Origin: an uncultured bacterium
GTDB taxonomy: Bacteria; Babelota; Babeliae; Babelales; Babelaceae
Direction: 5' to 3'
Assembly: GCA_963713855.1 (NCBI GenBank)
Contig: OY970209.1
Coordinates: 1,376,001 to 1,440,000 of the forward strand
Length of the DNA stretch: 64,000 nucleotides
Part shown: piece by piece, positions 10,984-20,864 of the stretch
Numbering within the stretch: the stretch's first letter is position 1
Layout of the letters: every line of letters begins with the position of its first letter
The notes under the pieces: generated by a model
What the model saw: the letters and a program-made list of their open reading frames with translations, nothing else
Databases searched by the model: none
What the model was told of the DNA's origin: nothing
Made by a program: the position numbers and the translations under genes

Positions 10984-12103
10984 TCATAAATAGCTTACAA
11001 GAAAGAAAGTCCATAAGAAAACTGGCCAAAGAGCTGGCTGCACTAGAAGGTACTGGACACACTGTCCTAAACATGGTAACGCTATGGCCTCCGTAATTGA
11101 CCGTAGCTATATATTCTCCTGACGGAGAATAAGCAATTCCATCCGGACTGCTCGTACCTTCAAAGTTCTCGCCCTCACTCAATTGTCCACTGGGTCCGAC
11201 CTTAAATATAGTAATATTATGTGAGTTCATATTAGCTATAGCTAAATACTTTCCTGAGGGCGCAAATGCTAAGGAAGAGGGAAAAGAAGAGCCGGATGGC
11301 AAAGCATATGATGTTGTGCCGCTTAACTGGCCGTCTGGTCCTACGTTAAATATTGTTACATCATTTGACGAGTAATTAACAGTAGCTAAAGAATCCCCTG
11401 AGGGAGAAAATTGAAGTGAAATCGGATTACTCGATCCTGGAGGTAAAGCATACGACCTTCCTTGACTTAAGATTCCGCCCGATACTGTAAATAGTGCGAT
11501 AGTTGAGTTGTAATTTGATATAGCAAGAGAATTACCAGAAGGAGAAAATGCTATTGATTGAGGTAATGAGGAGCCAGCGGGTAAAGGATACGATCCTTCC
11601 TTGCTCAATATGCCATCCGATCCCATCTCGTACATGGTTACATTATTGATGTCAATGTTATTAAGCTTGGTAACGACAGCCAAATAATTACCCGAAGGAG
11701 AAATGGCTATGGATCGCACTTGATATCCGTCGGGCATGCTATAAGATTTTCCGTTACTTAATGCCCCATTTTCATTGACGCTAAATACCGTTACATTACT
11801 CGCTAGATTAGCAGTTACAAGATAATTACCATTCGGTGAAAATTTTACTTGAAAAGGACCTGAAAATTCGCTTCCGGGTAACGGATAGGAAACTCCACGT
11901 AATTCTCCATTAGTTCCCACGCCAAACATAGTCACATCATTTGATGATTCATTTGCTGTAGCCAAGTAATTACCAGACGGTGAGAACATAACAGATCGAG
12001 GAAACTCAGAGCCAGAAGGCAACTGATAAGACGTTACAGCGCACATGGCCATCAATACCTGTACAATTGCTATCATTATACTTCCTTTTATTAAACGCTT
12101 CAA
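10964..12103 (-). CDS. secreted 7-bladed beta-propeller protein (lactonase/YVTN-like fold)
   Basis: 7 repeats of Y.LP.GS..P.S..FSP.G.YLA.AN..SN.VT.F; last codons supplied by the IS right end. Confidence 0.85.
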   Translation of the reverse strand: MKRLIKGSIMIAIVQVLMAMCAVTSYQLPSGSEFPRSVMFSPSGNYLATANESSNDVTMFGVGTNGELRGVSYPLPGSEFSGPFQVKFSPNGNYLVTANLASNVTVFSVNENGALSNGKSYSMPDGYQVRSIAISPSGNYLAVVTKLNNIDINNVTMYEMGSDGILSKEGSYPLPAGSSLPQSIAFSPSGNSLAISNYNSTIALFTVSGGILSQGRSYALPPGSSNPISLQFSPSGDSLATVNYSSNDVTIFNVGPDGQLSGTTSYALPSGSSFPSSLAFAPSGKYLAIANMNSHNITIFKVGPSGQLSEGENFEGTSSPDGIAYSPSGEYIATVNYGGHSVTMFRTVCPVPSSAASSLASFLMDFLSCKLFMSQQRAA

Positions 12104-12211
12104 AGCAAAATACGATAGAGAGCATCTCGTTTTCGCGAAAGCGTAGCATTTTCTCCTGTATCACTCAAGCAAAAAAATAAAGAATATAAAAATCTCTCAA
12201 AATGATGGCTA

Positions 12212-13135
12212 TTAGGTTTTATAGCGTGAAAACCAAGAAAGCACATTTTGGTGCACCTCATCACGGTACTGGAATAAGCTATGATCACCTTCTGGAAAGA
12301 TAATAAGCTTAAACGTTTTGTGGGCTTTCTCAAGTTTTCTTGCAAGCTCTTGAGACTGACTTACATCAATAACCGCATCTTTCGCTCCATGCATCAAAAG
12401 CAATGGCACATTAATCGCGTCCGCCCAACAAACAGCTGATCGCTTTTTATACTGATGATCTTTATCTTGTGGCATGTTTGGCATCATGCTCTCAAAAAGA
12501 GGTATAAGGTCAGGCCGCAACTGCTCAAGGGAAAAATAATCGGTAACACAGCCACTGACCGCCGCTGCACGCACAGGTATTTTTTGGTAAAGTGCCATAC
12601 ATGCCATCATGCCGCCGCGAGAAATACCAAACAAAAAAACATTCTCTAGATCTATATACTCAATCGACTGAGCAACATTCATTAGGTTTAAAACATCATG
12701 AACATCAGATCCACCAAGTTCGTCTTTTCCTTGGCCTCCATCATTACCACGATACTGCGATGCAAGAACAATGTACCCCTGAGTAGCCAAGAAGTACATG
12801 TTATTCATAATGCTCATAACAGTAATTCTACCGTCATTATGACTGCCGCCTCTACAGTAAATTACTGCCGAAATCTGCTTGTGTTCAGGAATCTGCGCGG
12901 GCTCTACGATAAAACCCGTAACTTTAAGACCGTCACTCATATACGTTATTTTAAAACAGCGCACATCAGTACTTTGACTATACCTTGTAAGAGCAGTTTC
13001 ATAGAAAGACCGCTTATCTTGGGATATATGCGCGTCATTAAGCGAGTCAAATGGTTCGGGGATAAATGGCTCTTTATTTACTATTGTGCCGTTACTTTTA
13101 GAAAGTGTTGTTTTCATGGCTATCCAGTCGATCAA
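12212..13135 (-). CDS. S9 (prolyl oligopeptidase family) peptidase
   Basis: GISRGG nucleophile, HGAKD..I, EGDH. Confidence 0.9.
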   Translation of the reverse strand: MIDWIAMKTTLSKSNGTIVNKEPFIPEPFDSLNDAHISQDKRSFYETALTRYSQSTDVRCFKITYMSDGLKVTGFIVEPAQIPEHKQISAVIYCRGGSHNDGRITVMSIMNNMYFLATQGYIVLASQYRGNDGGQGKDELGGSDVHDVLNLMNVAQSIEYIDLENVFLFGISRGGMMACMALYQKIPVRAAAVSGCVTDYFSLEQLRPDLIPLFESMMPNMPQDKDHQYKKRSAVCWADAINVPLLLMHGAKDAVIDVSQSQELARKLEKAHKTFKLIIFPEGDHSLFQYRDEVHQNVLSWFSRYKT

Positions 13136-13214
13136 ATTAGAAGCGCCTTGGATAAGTATAATTCTTTATTAAAACTAAGAAAGCCATCCCTTATTTGTAG
13201 AAATTAGGCATACC

Positions 13215-14708
13215 ATGTATTATGAAATAAAACACTTATACGATACCTCCATGCGCTTTATAACTTTCTTTTACTTAGTTATGTTCATGAATTCTTCTAT
13301 AGTAGCAAACAATCATGAGCCTCGCATCGCTATCATCGGTGCTGGACTTGCAGGATTAACTACCGCTTACCGTCTCAATCAACATGGTTTTCATGTTGAC
13401 GTCTATGAAGCTCGAAATCGAGTTGGTGGGCGCGTTTTTACAGCAACTATCAATGGCAAAATAGCAGAGCTTGGTGGACAGAATATAAGAGATGGCGGCG
13501 ATGCTACCTGCCTTTTAAGCTTAGTCAATGAACTTAAGCTAGAGTTTATCGAATCTTCATTTCCCTTCACTAGACAATATTTTAAGGATGGTACCTTTAC
13601 CTCAGAACATACATACTTTAAAGAGTGTACATTTGATGCCAAAACGCTCGGTGATCACCTTAAAACACTCGCTTTGAAGTCAAAAAATATGAAGGACGTT
13701 TTATTGGGAGTATGTAATGAAGGTGATGAGATTTATAAAATCTTAAATACCCGACTTGCTGGCTATGAGGGTAACGTGGCTGAAAAATTATCAGTAATCT
13801 ACATAGATACGCTTTACCACATGCTTTTGGGCGGCTCGAGCGCTGCTCACCCAAACAGCAGTATCGCCTATAAAGAGCTTGTTATCAAAGGAGGAAATGG
13901 ACTTTTGCCTGAAAGACTAGCAAAAGAGCTAGGTAAGCATGTGCACTTACGTATGCCGCTTAAAAAAATTTCTAAAAATGGTGATGGCTCATTTATCCTT
14001 ATCTTTAATGATGGACATGAGGTTACTGCCAACATACTCGTCTTAGCTATACCGGCATCTGTTTTTAAAGATATTACGTTCGAGCATGGGGTAATCCCTC
14101 AAAATCAGCTTGAGGCTATACAAAAGATTGAATACGGAGCTAACGCCAAAATTTTAGTGCCAGTAACGTGTACTTTAAAAAATAAAGGCCCCTTTTTAAA
14201 CGAGTGTATGGGAGCATTTCCTACTGCTGATGGTTCTCTTATCACCCTTTACTATAGAAGTGAAGATGCCTATTTTTTGCCACATATCACAGACACCTAT
14301 CTTAAAGCAAAAGATCTGCTCGAAGCTGGTTTAACTCCGAAGTGCCTGCCAAAGAAGTTGCCGGTAACTGCCCGTGACGAATCTTTCGCCTCTTATAATG
14401 GACCTGTTGGTCATAGTTGGCCAAACGATCCTTATGCACGCGGCTCTTATCTTTATATAGCGCCGGGACAAGAAACGTTATTAACAGAACTTTCCCAATA
14501 CGAGGGAGAATCGATAAAAACTCTTTTTACTCCTGTCGATAAAAGGCTCTTTTTAGCAGGGGACCATACATCAACGTTAATGGATGTGCCCGGAACGATG
14601 GAAGCAGCTTGCCAATCAGGTGAATCAACCGCGCGAATAATATCAAGGATTCTTAAAATCTGGCCTTTTGATAAACAAAGAACAACAAACTCTGATATTG
14701 TAGTCTAA
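13215..14708 (+). CDS. flavin monoamine oxidase family protein, N-terminal signal peptide
   Basis: IIGAGLAGL, EARNRVGGR, ELGGQ, GSY, LAGDHT..GTMEAA; true start may be a downstream Met. Confidence 0.9.
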   Translation: MYYEIKHLYDTSMRFITFFYLVMFMNSSIVANNHEPRIAIIGAGLAGLTTAYRLNQHGFHVDVYEARNRVGGRVFTATINGKIAELGGQNIRDGGDATCLLSLVNELKLEFIESSFPFTRQYFKDGTFTSEHTYFKECTFDAKTLGDHLKTLALKSKNMKDVLLGVCNEGDEIYKILNTRLAGYEGNVAEKLSVIYIDTLYHMLLGGSSAAHPNSSIAYKELVIKGGNGLLPERLAKELGKHVHLRMPLKKISKNGDGSFILIFNDGHEVTANILVLAIPASVFKDITFEHGVIPQNQLEAIQKIEYGANAKILVPVTCTLKNKGPFLNECMGAFPTADGSLITLYYRSEDAYFLPHITDTYLKAKDLLEAGLTPKCLPKKLPVTARDESFASYNGPVGHSWPNDPYARGSYLYIAPGQETLLTELSQYEGESIKTLFTPVDKRLFLAGDHTSTLMDVPGTMEAACQSGESTARIISRILKIWPFDKQRTTNSDIVV

Positions 14709-14728
14709 TTAAGCAATCCAAGGTAAAC

Positions 14729-15790
14729 ATGAAATTAATCAAAACCTTTTTACCAACGTTTATCATAGGTATAGCTTTTTGGACGTGCTCAAATGAACCG
14801 CATGAAGTCGAGCTTGCTCAAAAGATTAACGAGGCTATACGCAAATATAGCGATTTTAGCGGAGCTGTACTTGTCGCAAAAAAAGGGGAAATTGTTTTAA
14901 GTAAGGGTTATGGTTTTGCTGATTATGAGCACAAAATACCAAATACTAATAAGACTGCATTCCCAATAGCTTCTTTGACAAAATCATTTACAGCTCTTCC
15001 CATTATGCAACTTCAAGAAAGAAAATTACTAAACGTCAACGATTCCGTGTCTATCTTTATAGCCAACTACCCCGCCGGCAAGACAATGACGATTCATCAT
15101 CTCTTAACCCACACTTCAGGAATACCAAATTATTATGCTCATTTTTCGGATATAGCCGATTGCTCTAATCTTAAAGATATGATTGAAAAAGTTAAAAACT
15201 GGCCACTTTCATTCGAGCCAGGAAGTCAGTTTTGTTATTCTAACACCGGCTACTTACTGCTTGCCTATATTATAGAAAAGGTCTCAGGCATGACTTACGG
15301 AGCTTTTTTGTCAGAAAACATCTTTAAGCCCATGGGTATGTATAAAACAGGTAGTGAGCCTGCTGAAATAGAAACCCGTGCTTCTGGCTATGTAAAAGAG
15401 GCCCTCGAGCTTAAAAAATGTCCTCATCCTTTTGCTCCTCTTACACTTTTAGGCAATGGAGATTTGCATTCTTGCCTTGAGGATATGTTCTTGTGGGACA
15501 GAGCGCTTGACGAACAAAAGCTTATTACGCATGCATCAATGCTTTACATGATAAAACCCCACGTCTTAATGAAAGATTATTCTACACGTGGTCACGCTTA
15601 CGGCTGGTTCATAGATGATTACAAAGGCAGCAAAATAGTAGAGTATAGCGGCAGCTTAAGAGGTTTTTTGGCTAAGCATATAAAGTTCATCGATGATAAA
15701 ATCACCATCATTGTACTGAGTAATGTAGAAGGTGTTGAGTGCTTTGACTTATTATGTAAGGACCTATACAGCATTGTTAAAACTGTTTAG
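14729..15790 (+). CDS. serine hydrolase, beta-lactamase family
   Basis: SLTK (SxxK), LLTHTSG, YSN motifs; signal peptide. Confidence 0.9.
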   Translation: MKLIKTFLPTFIIGIAFWTCSNEPHEVELAQKINEAIRKYSDFSGAVLVAKKGEIVLSKGYGFADYEHKIPNTNKTAFPIASLTKSFTALPIMQLQERKLLNVNDSVSIFIANYPAGKTMTIHHLLTHTSGIPNYYAHFSDIADCSNLKDMIEKVKNWPLSFEPGSQFCYSNTGYLLLAYIIEKVSGMTYGAFLSENIFKPMGMYKTGSEPAEIETRASGYVKEALELKKCPHPFAPLTLLGNGDLHSCLEDMFLWDRALDEQKLITHASMLYMIKPHVLMKDYSTRGHAYGWFIDDYKGSKIVEYSGSLRGFLAKHIKFIDDKITIIVLSNVEGVECFDLLCKDLYSIVKTV

Positions 15791-15967
15791 CTTCATTAAA
15801 TCATGGTAACCTAACATTTCACACGTTTTGCTAAGCTTATTCAAGCAAGCATATTTTACTCTCTTAAATAGCTTATTGAAAGATCGATTTTTACGAAGAA
15901 CTATTTATCTGTTAATTTACGCATTCTTGAACGTTCGATCCCTTTTAGTTTCTGGTCAACTTCGATT

Positions 15968-16212
15968 AACCTTTTTGCAGCGGAAAAGCTATTTGAACAA
16001 AAAAGATAACTCCTATTTGAGCATGGATAAGCCACCTCGCGCACGAGGCGGCTAGCAAAGGCGATGTATGGACGTTTCTAAAAAATCACCCTTCTTCGGC
16101 TGAAAGAGCTCTCTACTTAACCGGCTTTTTAAAAAGTCACGGTATCGACGTGAATAAAGCATTAGAAGAATGGGAAACTGAGGGTACGTGTTTTCCCCTG
16201 GACAATGAGTAA
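15968..16212 (+). pseudogene. decayed fragment paralogous to the HExxH protein at 37759..39243
   Basis: Reads NLFAAEKLFEQK/KITPI*…NHPSSAERALYLTGFLKSHGIDVNKALEEWETEGTCFPL vs DLFMLDKLFEQRKISPI…PHPSNVERVFYMAGFLKDHGIDVIKALNEWKNRGKCVPL. Confidence 0.85.
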
Positions 16213-16484
16213 AAGAGATCATCGCAATGGTCACGCTATTTGACATCAATCAAATAACCGGGTAATCTGTTTATTGCGATTTGATTGATTATTGAGAGCA
16301 AAGCAGTGTCTATTTCATCTAAAAATACTCTTCTTATTACTTCTTATATCGAATTTCTTTTATTCAGCCTTTTCAAAATGATCATGGGCTAGCAGCCCAC
16401 ATCCCCTTTTTTATTTTTCTAAAACCGATTCCGATTTTGCGCACTAAGCGCATATTGTTTTAACTATAAACTCCTCTGAGGTTA

Positions 16485-16829
16485 TTGCATATGAACATTT
16501 CCTCTATTATTGCAAAATATGACATGAAAGAGATCGATAAGCAGTTAGGCGAAAAGTATTGGAGCCCGATTGATGTTGCAGTCGTTGGCAATTGGATATT
16601 GAGAGCCGCCGCAATCAAAGGAGAATTTCATTGGCACTCACATAAGACCGATGAATTATTTTTTATTTATAAAGGATTTGTAACAATCGACACAAAGCAG
16701 GGACCTATTGAACTTGGCGAAGGTCAAGGCACCGTTATTCCTGCAGGTATTGAGCACAGGCCACGCGCTCAAAAAAGGGCAGTCATTCTTTTTTTAGATC
16801 AAGCAGATACAAAAGTTAAAGGAGATTAA
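16485..16829 (+). CDS. cupin domain protein
   Basis: GEFHWHSH..DELF and IPAGIEHRP cupin motifs. Confidence 0.9.
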   Translation: MHMNISSIIAKYDMKEIDKQLGEKYWSPIDVAVVGNWILRAAAIKGEFHWHSHKTDELFFIYKGFVTIDTKQGPIELGEGQGTVIPAGIEHRPRAQKRAVILFLDQADTKVKGD

Positions 16830-16833
16830 ATCG

Positions 16834-17665
16834 ATGACTATCGTAAAACCAAAATTATTACTACTCAGTTTAGCGGTGCTGCTTGTTCCGCTTATAACGG
16901 CACAAGTATATGTACAATCGAGCAAAAAGCCAGTCTTTGCTATCTTAACAGACTTTGGTTTAGATTTTGCAGTAGCATCTATGAAAGGGCTTTTACTGAG
17001 CTCATTGCCAGAAGCGTCTATTATAGATTTTGATCACTCCTTAAACAAATTTAGTGTCTTAAGCGCATCTTTTATTCTTGAAAAAACCTATCACTATTTT
17101 CCCATGCGGCACTATTTTTCTTTGTGTCGTTGATCCGGGAGTTGGCACGCAAAGGGACGCCCTTTGCCTTGAAATCGATTCATATGTCTTTTTTGGCCCC
17201 AATAATGGGCTTTTTAACGCGCTTTCAAAAGCACATCCAGGCTGTAAAATCTATCGTATTGATGAGCACGTAATAAAACCTACTTCAACAACTTTTCATG
17301 GAAGAGACCTCTTTGTTCCCGCTGCAATTGCTTACGTGCAAGGAAGGAAAAATTTCTTACAGGAGATAAGTGCTAATGAGCTTTCTCATATCGCGCATTC
17401 ATATTCAGATTATATTGCATACATCGATAGCTTTGGCAATATTAAAACGACCATAAAAGTTGATACAAAACTTCCCGATACCGTTACTCTTTTGATTCAA
17501 AATAAAGAATACGCAGTACCTTTTGTAAAAACCTTTGGTAACGTTGAGCCCGATAAACTCCTATGCTACAAAGGAAGCAATGGAACGCTTGAAATAGCGG
17601 TTAATCGAGGATCGGCAAAAAGCTATTTGAACGCAGAAATTGGTAACGAGGTAAAACTACTCTAA
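16834..17665 (+). pseudogene. SAM hydroxide adenosyltransferase (DUF62) family, +1 frameshift, N-terminal signal peptide
   Basis: LTDFG, VVDPGVG, GPNNG, TFHGRD, IDSFGN, LEIAVN; one extra base in TTTTCCC 17097-17103. Confidence 0.9.
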
Positions 17666-17674
17666 AAGCTCGGC

Positions 17675-17699
17675 CGGGCTTGTCATACGGACAAGCCCG
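17675..17699. terminator. hairpin between convergent genes
   Basis: CGGGCTTGTC-ATACG-GACAAGCCCG, perfect 10-bp stem. Confidence 0.6.
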
Positions 17700-17830
17700 C
17701 CTACGCCTGCTTATTTTATTTTAACTCTTGTTTTTGAGGTTTCTTTGCATGAAAATGCGCTTGCAGAATGAGCATGAGCACTTTTATTTTTTACTCTTCA
17801 GAAGAATAAAATAATTTCCTCGAGAAAGCG

Positions 17831-18595
17831 TCAATTGGACGCGTAATGCCTTTCTAAATACTCAAGACGGCCTTGCATAATACTTCGGTAGTCTTCTGGA
17901 AAGACATTTAGCAGTGCTTGTCTCTTTTTTAGAATCTCAGTAACTTGCCGCTCAATCTCTGCCCGCTTTATTGAGCCAAAGACTGTACCAGCTGAATAAT
18001 TCCTATCTTCGTCACGCATCGTATCGATTTCTGTAACCTGTGGCGACCAGGCTCTTCCTTTAAGAGCTCCCTGAGCTCTGTACATAAGCCCCGAACCATT
18101 ATCAACGCGCCATGGTCGATTTTGCTTATCAATAACGATATTGTCAAAATTAAGCCCGATAACGTCCCAATTTGCTAAGAGAGCATCTGCAACAAAGTGT
18201 TCTTGCAGCTTTTTAAACATCTCGCTCTTTTTCTTTGGTGTCGCACTTTCTAGAAATCGATCGAGCGTGATACCCGAAATAAACGTGCTGAGCATATAAA
18301 GCCTGTCATCATGCCAATATAACCTAACTTCCGGCACGGGTACGCCTAAAACCTCATAAGCTTTATTCGTATAGTACTCGTTAAGAATATGGCCGATAGT
18401 TTTGCCCGCTTTTTCAACAAAGGGAATTCCATTATATTCGACACGATACGCTCCGGTACTGCCACCAAGTGGAATTGTCGACGTACCCAAAGAACTCATT
18501 TCAGGCGGAAAGAGTGAAGTTTCGCGAACCATCTGTGCCTGTAGCTGAAAGAACGTCACAACAGACACTAAAATTAAGTACTTAACATATTTCAT
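17831..18595 (-). CDS. secreted atypical kinase-like protein (HipA/PI3K-PI4K-like fold)
   Basis: Signal peptide; LGGSTGA, VEK, NEY, LGVPVP, DALLANWD..G..DNIV, RVDNG. Confidence 0.6.
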   Translation of the reverse strand: MKYVKYLILVSVVTFFQLQAQMVRETSLFPPEMSSLGTSTIPLGGSTGAYRVEYNGIPFVEKAGKTIGHILNEYYTNKAYEVLGVPVPEVRLYWHDDRLYMLSTFISGITLDRFLESATPKKKSEMFKKLQEHFVADALLANWDVIGLNFDNIVIDKQNRPWRVDNGSGLMYRAQGALKGRAWSPQVTEIDTMRDEDRNYSAGTVFGSIKRAEIERQVTEILKKRQALLNVFPEDYRSIMQGRLEYLERHYASN

Positions 18596-18762
18596 GATAT
18601 GCCTTCTGAATGATTAAACTAGTATTGTTATAATCATTTTATCATAAATTATATTCAAACTGCAATCTTAAAAACGTACGCGTAGACTAAAGCCTCTTAG
18701 GAGTTAGTAGAGCAGTTCCCGTTTTGGTAGAGTAAGTGAATGTGTTTTTTGTATGGAGTTAT

Positions 18763-19924
18763 ATGTCTAAGCTATCTATCGCTCACGCTTTAATTATTTT
18801 GACATTGTTTTCTGGCCTTGAAGGGCAAGAAGAATCAAGTCAAGACTCGATTAAATTAAGATGGGGAATTTTATCAACTGCCGCTTTTGGACACGTTTTT
18901 TTAAATGCCTTAAAAAAATGCACAACATAGCACAGTGACGGCTATAGCAAGTAGAAGAAAAGACAAAGCTCAAGCTCACGCTCATAAACATGGCATACCT
19001 AAAGCGTACGGAAGCTATGAAGATTTACTAAAAGACCCAGATATCGATGTCATTTTTATTCCTCTACCCAACAGTATGCACGCTGAATGGACAATTAAAG
19101 CCGCTCAAGCGAAAAAACATGTTTTGTGTGAAAAGCCAATGGCCATGAGCCCGGATGAGATAGAAGCAATCCAAAAAGCAGCAACTGAAAACAATGTGAT
19201 AACCTTTGAAGGTCTTGCGTACCTGCACCATCCACAAACGTTAAAGGTAAAAGAGCTTATTGCAGCAGGTGCTATAGGAAACATCCAATATATTAACGCA
19301 TGGCTTTTTGCGTACAAGATGGCTTCTGAAAATCAAGATGATATACGGTTAAGTACAAGTTTAGGTGGAGGTTGTATTTGGGATCTTGGTATTTACACTG
19401 TCAGTATGATTATAAGTCTTCTAGAAGATGCCTTACCGACTGAAGTTCAAGCGATAAAAGTGGCCGAAAAAAATGGTGTTGAAACTTTAGCAACGGCGCA
19501 GTTTAGCTTTAAAGATGGAATTTTAGCGCAAATGTCCTGTGGATTTACGACACCTTATCAAGAAGGTGTGCTTATTATAGGAACTCGCGGCTCTATCTTC
19601 ATACAAGATCCCTGGAGGCCAGGACGACACGGAAAACCATCTTCGATAATTTTGACTGATAGCAGAGACGAAAAAGAATTTGGATTTAAACCGAATGAGT
19701 TTATTCCCGAAGGGCAAAGTCAAAACACCTATACATTTTCGGCGGTAAATCCTTACCTGTACGAAATTGAAGCAATGGAAAAAAGTGTTCTTGAAGGTGC
19801 TCAACCAATATTGTCTTTAAAGTCTAGCAAAGCTTTTACCCAATGCATTGTAGCCATAAATCAAGCAGCTGAAAAGAATGCTGTCGTTAAACTGCCAATC
19901 AGCAACCTAAGGGACGAACTGTAA
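18763..19924 (+). pseudogene. Gfo/Idh/MocA oxidoreductase with signal peptide, +1 frameshift in an A7 run
   Basis: RWGILSTA, HVLCEKP, GGGCIWDLGIY; removing one A from 18912-18918 joins 18763..18930 to 18935..19924. Confidence 0.9.
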
Positions 19925-20105
19925 TATAAGCTAGTTATATAACGGTAGGAATATCTGACTAGAAGGCACACTGTAAACTGCTTTACAGCATTATCACGAA
20001 AAATAGCGATCGCAGTAAGCGATCGCCTAGGATCGATTTTCACAAGTTCTCTGCCGAGTTCTATACAGAGCTTGTCTTTGCAAGCTTATAGGTTATAAGC
20101 TTTGT

Positions 20106-20524
20106 TCACTGCGCTTTGAACCATTCGCTTAACCCGGCATTGCTTTTTTCGGCTTTCTTTTCTTCTCGATCGAGCTCCAGTCTTTCCTGTTCTCCTGCCT
20201 TGCTCACTTGATAAGATGTGCATTGGTAATCTTTATTTTTAGAAATAGGTATCCTAAAAATCTCAAGAAGCTCTACTGTCTTTGAGTCGAATCGTGGAAA
20301 ATGCATAGATCTATTTTATCGCTAGTTCTGTTAGTTTGAAGCACTACTTCCTCACCAGGCTCAAGACCTCGATTTGCAAGCACTTCCTCACAAAAATTAT
20401 CGCAGATCTATGCCAATACATGATTGCTAGTATCGTTAACAACACGAGCACAAATTTCGTTAGCGGCTTTACTCATTCCACACAAAAATAAGGAGGCTAC
20501 AAAAGCGTAATTAATAAACTTCAT
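20106..20524 (-). pseudogene. decayed secreted protein, paralog of 40212..40574
   Basis: MKFINYAFVASLFLCGMSKAANEICARVVNDT…(TAG 20408-20410)…LEPGEE, frameshift, then FDSKTVELL…CTSYQVS; matches CINVLNDT, IKPGEN, YDPLSGLLL, CKTYKVS. Confidence 0.65.
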
Positions 20525-20864
20525 CGTGATCCTTCATTGTTTAAAAATAATATTTCAATTTTAATTAATTATAATATTTTACCATTAAATATGTCGATAA
20601 AAAATCATTTAACTTGCAGAAAATACATCGGCCGCACTTAGAACTACATGCACATATTACAAAAAAACATGACTAGGACATATGATGGCTGGGCCACAAT
20701 GCCCAGCCATCGCATCTTTCTTATTATACTCCAAATCGCCCCTTTGAGAGGCAGGAGTTTTTCTGATGTAACAGATTTTTAGAAAATATTTTCTTCCGTT
20801 GACAGAGGATTTTAGAAATTTTATGTTCTTCCAAAGGAGTGTTTTTCAAAAAAAGGAGTATTTA

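Noticed and set aside
15828..16249. ORFs 15828..16055 (+) and 16052..16249 (-)
   Set aside because: Better explained as off-frame or antisense shadows of the decayed HExxH paralog
16834..17665. Fluorinase/chlorinase call
   Set aside because: TFHGRD His plus Asp/Arg indicate the hydroxide (SAM hydrolase) type
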